A DNA stretch of 64,000 bases. It comes from Alphaproteobacteria bacterium (GTDB lineage Bacteria > Pseudomonadota > Alphaproteobacteria > UBA7887). A program made the translations under genes and the position numbers. The notes beneath the pieces were generated by a model, which searched no databases, was not told where the DNA came from, and saw only the letters and a program-made list of their open reading frames with translations. The stretch spans positions 4,544,001-4,608,000 of the forward strand of contig CBDCGL010000011.1 of NCBI GenBank assembly GCA_965216755.1, read 5' to 3'. Below are positions 57,988 to 64,000 of the stretch, in pieces; the first letter of the stretch is position 1, and every line of letters starts with the position of its first letter.

Positions 57988-59518
57988 GGACTCTCCGCCT
58001 CGCAATCACTTCGCTCTGTCGGCCAGGAATGTCACGCTCTCCCACGTCGCCTGGGGACTCACGGTTGCCTTTTCGGGGCGGATCGCGGCCGGCGTTGGCC
58101 CTTGGTTGCCAGTGCTGACTTGGGAACTTATTGTCCTCTTCCTCGTCCCCCTTTTCCTACCGTTACGATATCGTCTGGCCACGCTCATTTCCGTTATAGT
58201 ATTTCTTGACCAATCCCTCTGGTTTTTGCATGGGCGGATCGAGGTTGATACGATATACGAACATGCCGCGACCCTCGTTAAGCCACCTGAGATCGTGCTG
58301 TTCGCGTTATGTCTGAGGCTGGTGTCGGCCAATTGGCGGCAGAGCGGATTTCCGGCGATTATGCTGTGTATTTACGCCCTGTGGCTCTTCGTGATCCTCA
58401 TCAGTGTTGGGGTGGCACTACACCACGGAAACGGGTTTGGGGACATACTCGTCTTTTCAGAGTTTCGTGTCCTTGTTTCGTCGTTCCTGGCAGTCTTGAT
58501 CCTTTTTCAAACAGCAAGGCGTAACCTCGCGTTTGTCGTCGACTGTTTCGCAATTCTCTTAGCAATTCAATTGTTTATCAGTTTGGTTTCCTGGTCGTTG
58601 GGTCTGTCTTTGCTTTGGCAAAGTTATGCACCCAACTACGTAGGTAACTGGGCGGCTTTTTTTGGCGCCGACGAATCAGTCATGGTCGCACTTGTTGGCT
58701 TTGTTCTCGCCATTTCGCTTATGCTCGCGCCGGATGGTAGGCCGGAGTTGACGCGGCTTCCCCGTTGGTTTTGGGGGATTCTGCTTTCTATTACATTATT
58801 TGCAATTTTGGCTTCCGCGCGTCGCGGCGGTATAGCGTCGGTTACCATCGTGATCAGCTCGGTCGCGATTTTCGCATCGCTCCATACTAAATACCGCCTG
58901 GTTCTTAGTGGGGCATTCCTTGCAGCAATCTTGGCAGGGCTCGTCGTTTTTGACCCCTTCAGTTCCGTCGCCGATAACGTCATGTCTCGATTGACTGGCA
59001 AGGGCAATGTCGTTCAATCGGATACGGGGAGAGCGCTCGATAAATTGCAGGCTCGCGAATATGTGGACGATCACTTTGTGTTCGGTACGGGTCCTGGGAC
59101 AAAACTGCCGTTGCTGCGCACCCAGGCTTATGGTGTTGTGGAATCCCTTTCCATTCATCACAGCCTTCTTCACGTTTGGGTACGCTTCGGGTTGGCGGGA
59201 ATCGTACTCTACTGTGCGCTGTACGCTGTTCCAGCGACCTTTGCTTTGCGTTTGGCGACCCGACCCAGTCGGGTCGCTTCTGCGGCGTGGCACCTGCTGA
59301 TATCGGCATCCCTTGGGTATATTTTGGCTCAGTTCCTGTGGGGCCTTTACACGCCAGCCATCTATATCAATTTCCGACAGATGTCTTCCCTGATACTGGT
59401 GACCAGTTTCATTTTGGTTGCGCGTAACGCCTTTGATCGGCCGGTACGATCGGGTGCCGGCGCGATTGCTGTGCCGAGGACGTCCGTGCGCCGGACGCGC
59501 CGCGAGACATTCGAATGA
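57974..59518 (+). CDS. O-antigen ligase/Wzy polymerase family membrane protein
   Basis: Many TM helices; SARRGG; periplasmic SDTGR...FGTGPG...IHHS...GLAG motif. Confidence 0.8.
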   Translation: MLQNRDSPPRNHFALSARNVTLSHVAWGLTVAFSGRIAAGVGPWLPVLTWELIVLFLVPLFLPLRYRLATLISVIVFLDQSLWFLHGRIEVDTIYEHAATLVKPPEIVLFALCLRLVSANWRQSGFPAIMLCIYALWLFVILISVGVALHHGNGFGDILVFSEFRVLVSSFLAVLILFQTARRNLAFVVDCFAILLAIQLFISLVSWSLGLSLLWQSYAPNYVGNWAAFFGADESVMVALVGFVLAISLMLAPDGRPELTRLPRWFWGILLSITLFAILASARRGGIASVTIVISSVAIFASLHTKYRLVLSGAFLAAILAGLVVFDPFSSVADNVMSRLTGKGNVVQSDTGRALDKLQAREYVDDHFVFGTGPGTKLPLLRTQAYGVVESLSIHHSLLHVWVRFGLAGIVLYCALYAVPATFALRLATRPSRVASAAWHLLISASLGYILAQFLWGLYTPAIYINFRQMSSLILVTSFILVARNAFDRPVRSGAGAIAVPRTSVRRTRRETFE

Positions 59519-60909
59519 TAAGAATAGCCGGGAAATTGGGTTTGACCCGAGAGTCACGACGAAACCTCTTTTCCAGCGACACAGCACTTGGTGAGATCGT
59601 CGTCGGATCGGGTCTGACATTGCTATCGCGCACAATGTTTGCGGTTATCAGTCTCATTGTTATCACTATAACAAGCCGCTTTTTTGGTCCAATCGCAGTT
59701 GGGCAGGTTGCGACCATAACAACGCTCGTAACCATGGGCGCGATTGTCGCCAGCCTCGGTACGACGAGTTCTGTGAATTACTATATGGCAAGTCAACTTG
59801 CCCGAGTTTCGACCCGCTCAGCCCGTTTAACTTATTGGCGGATTATGGGAACTTGCGCATTGGGGAGCACGTTCGCGGTATTTTCCATTCTTCTCCTCTT
59901 AGAGACCTTGAGTGACACGCTATTCGGCGGCACCGTTCAGAGCTCCCTTCTGGTGGCGGCCGCCCTCGGCATTTTTTTTAAAGTGACATTGGACATATCG
60001 ACACTGGTCGCAAGGACGCTCAATGCGATGATCGCCTTTGCGGCGTTTCAGGCCCTTCCGGCTTTCGTGAATTTGACCCTGGTCGTGTTCCTAATCCATT
60101 CAACCGCGACCGTCTCCGGCCCGGCCTTCGCATGGATCGTGTCGATAGGTCTTGTCGGTGTGGCCGGTCTTGTCTTTGTTCATATGCGGTTTCACCGGGC
60201 CACGGATGCAAGAACCGAAATTGAAATTCCGGACTACTTTGAGATCTTCAAGCGCTCATTTCCTATGTTGATCTCGACGATGGGGGCCTTCACGATTTCG
60301 GGCTCCGGAATTATCCTCATGGCCGGGTTTGCTGATCAAGCGGCAGTGGGTGTGTTTTCGGTGGCTCTCAAGCTGGCGACCACAGCGTCTTTCGTTTTGA
60401 TTTCAATTAATTCTATTACGACACCAATTTTTGCGCGTCTACATAGTATTGGCCAAATTCCGGAAATGATTTCCGTTGCGCGCAAGACGTCTATGTTGAT
60501 GTTTTGGGCGATTGCACCGATTGTTTTTGTCTTGTTCATTTTCGGCCGGCCCATGCTGGAAATTGTGTTCGGGCATGACTTTGTGGCCGCCTATCCAATC
60601 TTGCTAATCTTGCTATTGGGCCAATTAGTAAACGCTATGACCGGGCCAACAGATTTTCTGATGAACATGGCCGGGCATGAAAAAGCCCTTAGGAATATTA
60701 TACTGCCTTCCGCAGTTCTCAACGTGGTACTTGGCCTTTTCATGATCCCGCAATTCAACATGTTTGGCGCGGCGTTTGCGTATACTATATCGATGATTGT
60801 TTGGTATTTTGTATCAACTGCGTATTTAAAAAGAATTTATGGTGTATGGATTGGATATGTGCCGATTGTTCCTGTGGTTCTTGGTTACTTGCGAAAAAGT
60901 AACTGTTGA
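59515..60909 (+). CDS. Wzx-type polysaccharide flippase
   Basis: About 12 TM helices; VGVFSVALKLA, LGQLVNAMTGP and LNVVL...IPQF...GAAFA. Confidence 0.88.
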   Translation: MIRIAGKLGLTRESRRNLFSSDTALGEIVVGSGLTLLSRTMFAVISLIVITITSRFFGPIAVGQVATITTLVTMGAIVASLGTTSSVNYYMASQLARVSTRSARLTYWRIMGTCALGSTFAVFSILLLLETLSDTLFGGTVQSSLLVAAALGIFFKVTLDISTLVARTLNAMIAFAAFQALPAFVNLTLVVFLIHSTATVSGPAFAWIVSIGLVGVAGLVFVHMRFHRATDARTEIEIPDYFEIFKRSFPMLISTMGAFTISGSGIILMAGFADQAAVGVFSVALKLATTASFVLISINSITTPIFARLHSIGQIPEMISVARKTSMLMFWAIAPIVFVLFIFGRPMLEIVFGHDFVAAYPILLILLLGQLVNAMTGPTDFLMNMAGHEKALRNIILPSAVLNVVLGLFMIPQFNMFGAAFAYTISMIVWYFVSTAYLKRIYGVWIGYVPIVPVVLGYLRKSNC

Positions 60910-61195
60910 CTGGACCTGAACACAGTCCTTGCGTTGTGAACAATCGCAACGCCAAGCTGCAAACAGAATCGGCTCTGTATTATCGGATACGGCTCTAGCC
61001 GTCTCAGGTAACAGGGCTCAGCTGTGCGCGGGAATGCTTGGCCGTGTTGCCGAAGATCTGACCGCCGCAAGCGGGGTTTCTGTGGGTCCCGCGCGCTCCG
61101 CGACATTAAGCGGCTTATTTCACATGTTTGGCGCAAATCTGAGAGCAGTCAGTGCTCACATGCGTTCGTACGATATTCTCGAGCCGTTTGATTTT

Positions 61196-61247
61196 GATCA
61201 ACCCAACTTCGTTTGAACAGAGTCGTTTGAACGAAGTTAGGTTGATC
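61196..61247. repeat. Imperfect palindrome related to the element at 34602-34708
   Basis: GATCAACCCAACTTCGTT...AACGAAGTTAGGTTGATC; shares TCGTTTGAACGAAG and GTTGATC with the 34.7-kb element. Confidence 0.5.
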
Positions 61248-61711
61248 GGCATCTGACGAAGCAATAGGACGATAGTATAAAGGCGACCTATCATAGTCGC
61301 ACTAATCACGTGTAGCATATTGGATTTGAGGCGAGGCTGACACACAAAACTCGCGATGTCGTCTGCGGCAGGTTTTGGGGACACCTGCTGGAGGCAATCA
61401 AAGAAACTTCAATATGCAACGCGATTCTGTGTTGACCGCAATTAGAAACGTTCAAGGGTACCTTGTAAGATGGGCAAATGAGGAGAGCTTTTTGCGTTGA
61501 GCCAGACAATGCAATAGGCTGTCTAGCATGGGGACGTTGCGCGACCGTTTTGGGCGGACATGTGCATGGCATTGAAGGGCGGCGTCATGCTGCGTTGGGT
61601 TCGTTTGTGCCGCTCCGCTTGGCGGATGCGCGAGGCGTTGGTCTTTTGTTTTGGGGCCGGTATTTACGTGGCAGTGACCGCGCAGCGTCGTTCATTTTAG
61701 GCAGAGCCGGT

Positions 61712-64000
61712 ATGTCAAACGGGAAAGGTATTGGCGGTCTAATCGGGTTACTGACGATACTTGGCTTGATGCTGAGGGTGCCGCAACTCGGTGACACACC
61801 ACTCGATCTTGACGAAGCGTTCAGTCATTGGATGAGTACGCATGCTGTGTCGGCGATATGGGGTAGTTTGACCCTATATGACACCGTGCAACCACTTTAT
61901 CATGTCCTGCTTAAGGGCTGGGCCGCGGTATTCGGTGAAGAACGACGCGGCCTTCGTGCTTTGTCGGTGTTGCTGGGCGGCGGGTTGATACCAATTGTCT
62001 ACGCGGTCGCTCGAAACGTTGGTGGCAAAGGCGTTGGGATCACCGCCGCAGTTTTTGTCACGATATCGCCAATTCACGTGGAGTTTAGCCAACGCGCAGA
62101 GCCACCTGTACTGTTGGTTTTGCTGGTCGGTTGTGCGCTGTTGGCTTTGATGAGGATTATGGGCGCGGCGGATCAGCGACCCGTATTTCCGGGCGGTGAC
62201 AGCGGTGCGTGGTTCGTTTTTGTCGTGTCCGCGTCATTGGCGCTCTTGACCCATCACGCGGCATTGTATTTCTGGTGGTCGTCGCTGCTTGTGATGTTGG
62301 CTTGGGCGTATCGTTGCCCTGATTCTGCCACGCGAATTCAACAAGTCTTGCTGGCCAATTTCCTTATTCTCGTGGTCTGTGCGTTGTGGCTGCCGAGCCT
62401 CATCGATGGCGCACTCGGTGTATCCGGTGCAGATGGTGAGTTTCTGATGGATGCGCGCCAGGCCGGCAAGGCCGTACATGCGATCTATGCGGGCCACACG
62501 CTGGTTGGGCCACACATCTATCGTCCGATTATCGGTATCGCTGTCGGTGTTCTTATATTTGGCGTTGCCGGTTGGGCGATCAGGCGACACGGGCGGTCGG
62601 ACCCACGGCTCTGGCTGCTGGTTGTTGTTGGAGTTTCGGCGCCAATAGCTTTGCTCAGCATTGGCCTACATGCACCGGTGATCGCCATACGTCCCCTATT
62701 CTTGACAGTTGTACCGTTGGTCTTGGTTCTGGCCATGGGCATAGACGCAATGCCGCGCCGTTTCCTGGCCTCCGTCGCGTTTATCGGCGTTGTTACGGTG
62801 AGCGCCTGGGGTGTGTTAGTTTATTTCACTGTTTACGAAAGACCCGCATGGGATCTGGCCGCCGAAACGCTGGCCGCAAAAGCCGAACCCAAGGACCTGG
62901 TTATATTCAGTGCGGCAGCAGGCATTTTGCCCGTTATGTATGCACTGAACCACGGTTCCGCAAATATTGCTTTTGAAACGGTTGACAGTGATGGATTTGT
63001 CGGCGGACTGGGATCATCCGTGACCCACGATACGGCATCGGCGCTGGGCGCCGAGATTGCGCGCCGGCATCGCGTTTGGTTGGTGCGCGCCCGTGACGAT
63101 GTTGTCGACAGTCTTGGGCTCGTGCCGTTCGAGTTTGAACGACGTGGCGCCGTTGCTGATCATATTTCGTTTCCGGGTGTCGAGTTGGTTTTGTATGAGA
63201 TCGGTTCGCAGATAAACTTTTCGCGCCGAAGTTATGAATTGGCTTCGCCGCCGACGGCCATGGCATGGGCCCCCGACGGAGCGCTTTACGTCAGTGAATT
63301 GCTTGGTCCGTTGCACCGATTAACGTTTGAAGAGTCATACGAGGTCGTGTTAGACGACGTGATCGATAGCCTCACGAAAGGTGCGCCTCGGTTGATATTG
63401 GGGCTCGCCATTGATCCGGAGTCGACGCCCCAATCCGTGATTGTATGGGTCTCGCATTCCCACGGCGACGACTATCGTGGTAAACCCAATACAGGCACGA
63501 TCTCGCGATTGTCTGGCCCTGACCTGACCGAGGTGACGCACGTTATCACGGGATTGCCCCGTTCGATGGCCAATCACGCCACCAACGCAATTCATTTTGG
63601 ACCAGATGGTCGCCTATTTATTGCACAGGGCGGCAACACGGGTGCAGGCGCGCCGAACCTTGCCGAATCAGAGTTTGAAGACTTTCCGGAGCAGTTTTTT
63701 TCCGCGGCGCTGTTGGTCGCAGACGTTAAGGATCCCAATTTCAACGGCGATTGCCTCGACAAATCCGATCCGATTCGGTCGGCGCCGTGTGATGTCGACT
63801 TGGTCGCCACCGGCATCCGCAACATGTACGACTTTGTGCATCATTCCAATGGCGCAATCTATGGCGCGGACAATGGGCTCGGGGTCATTGGTTCGTTCCC
63901 CGCCCGCGCCGCGCCACCGTGTGACGGCTTGGCGAGCGCCGAGCCGGTTGTTGACGGCGGGCAGTATCCCGGTGAACAACCTGATCTCCTCTATCGTATT
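61712..64000 (+). CDS. GT-C (PMT/ArnT-like) membrane glycosyltransferase fused to a glucose/sorbosone-dehydrogenase-like beta-propeller; runs off the window end
   Basis: Hand translation gives 763 codons with no stop (absent from the ORF track). LDLDEAFS, PLYHVLLKGW and multiple TM helices, then PTAMAWAPDGALYV, GLPRSMANHATNAIHFGPDGRLFIAQGG and ATGIRNMYD. Confidence 0.75.
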   Translation, partial: MSNGKGIGGLIGLLTILGLMLRVPQLGDTPLDLDEAFSHWMSTHAVSAIWGSLTLYDTVQPLYHVLLKGWAAVFGEERRGLRALSVLLGGGLIPIVYAVARNVGGKGVGITAAVFVTISPIHVEFSQRAEPPVLLVLLVGCALLALMRIMGAADQRPVFPGGDSGAWFVFVVSASLALLTHHAALYFWWSSLLVMLAWAYRCPDSATRIQQVLLANFLILVVCALWLPSLIDGALGVSGADGEFLMDARQAGKAVHAIYAGHTLVGPHIYRPIIGIAVGVLIFGVAGWAIRRHGRSDPRLWLLVVVGVSAPIALLSIGLHAPVIAIRPLFLTVVPLVLVLAMGIDAMPRRFLASVAFIGVVTVSAWGVLVYFTVYERPAWDLAAETLAAKAEPKDLVIFSAAAGILPVMYALNHGSANIAFETVDSDGFVGGLGSSVTHDTASALGAEIARRHRVWLVRARDDVVDSLGLVPFEFERRGAVADHISFPGVELVLYEIGSQINFSRRSYELASPPTAMAWAPDGALYVSELLGPLHRLTFEESYEVVLDDVIDSLTKGAPRLILGLAIDPESTPQSVIVWVSHSHGDDYRGKPNTGTISRLSGPDLTEVTHVITGLPRSMANHATNAIHFGPDGRLFIAQGGNTGAGAPNLAESEFEDFPEQFFSAALLVADVKDPNFNGDCLDKSDPIRSAPCDVDLVATGIRNMYDFVHHSNGAIYGADNGLGVIGSFPARAAPPCDGLASAEPVVDGGQYPGEQPDLLYRI

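Noticed and set aside
60929-61600. Short ORFs between wzx and the GT-C fusion (and similar ones at 46712-47011 and 50527-51371)
   Set aside because: No recognisable motif, RBS or coding-like composition; likely non-coding or decayed sequence.
1-64000. CRISPR array, rRNA, prophage or intact transposase
   Set aside because: No regularly spaced repeats, rRNA-like sequence, phage genes or full-length transposase seen.

Overview
GC-rich alphaproteobacterial chromosome segment, probably Rhodospirillales-like, judging from the murA-hisG-hisD-infA-maf-rng-yacG-tRNA-Phe synteny, DUF2336, DUF2948 and an alpha-type LexA box. The left part holds signalling and miscellaneous genes, an assimilatory sulfate-reduction cluster, a DUF1538/PII/CBS operon and a porin/FMN-binding/PepSY operon. 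After tRNA-Phe comes an accessory region with IS remnants, a secreted YWTD propeller protein and an unusual Wzx/Wzy surface-polysaccharide cluster. Top finding: the tRNA-Thr(GGU) gene (37915-38225, minus strand) is split right after the anticodon by a 236-nt ORF-less group I intron (37955-38190). Its P1-P10 helices can be folded by hand and its internal guide sequence is matched to the Thr anticodon, a host tRNA outside the bacterial examples I know. Other notable items are a volactin-like (haloarchaeal-type) actin with a small partner ORF, a diverged 204-nt cysH 3'-end duplication bracketing a hybrid kinase, a shared palindromic operator before both sulfur operons, and unusual fusions (DUF934-CysH, kinase-GT4, GT-C-propeller). 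All family assignments come from motif recognition; no database searches were run.
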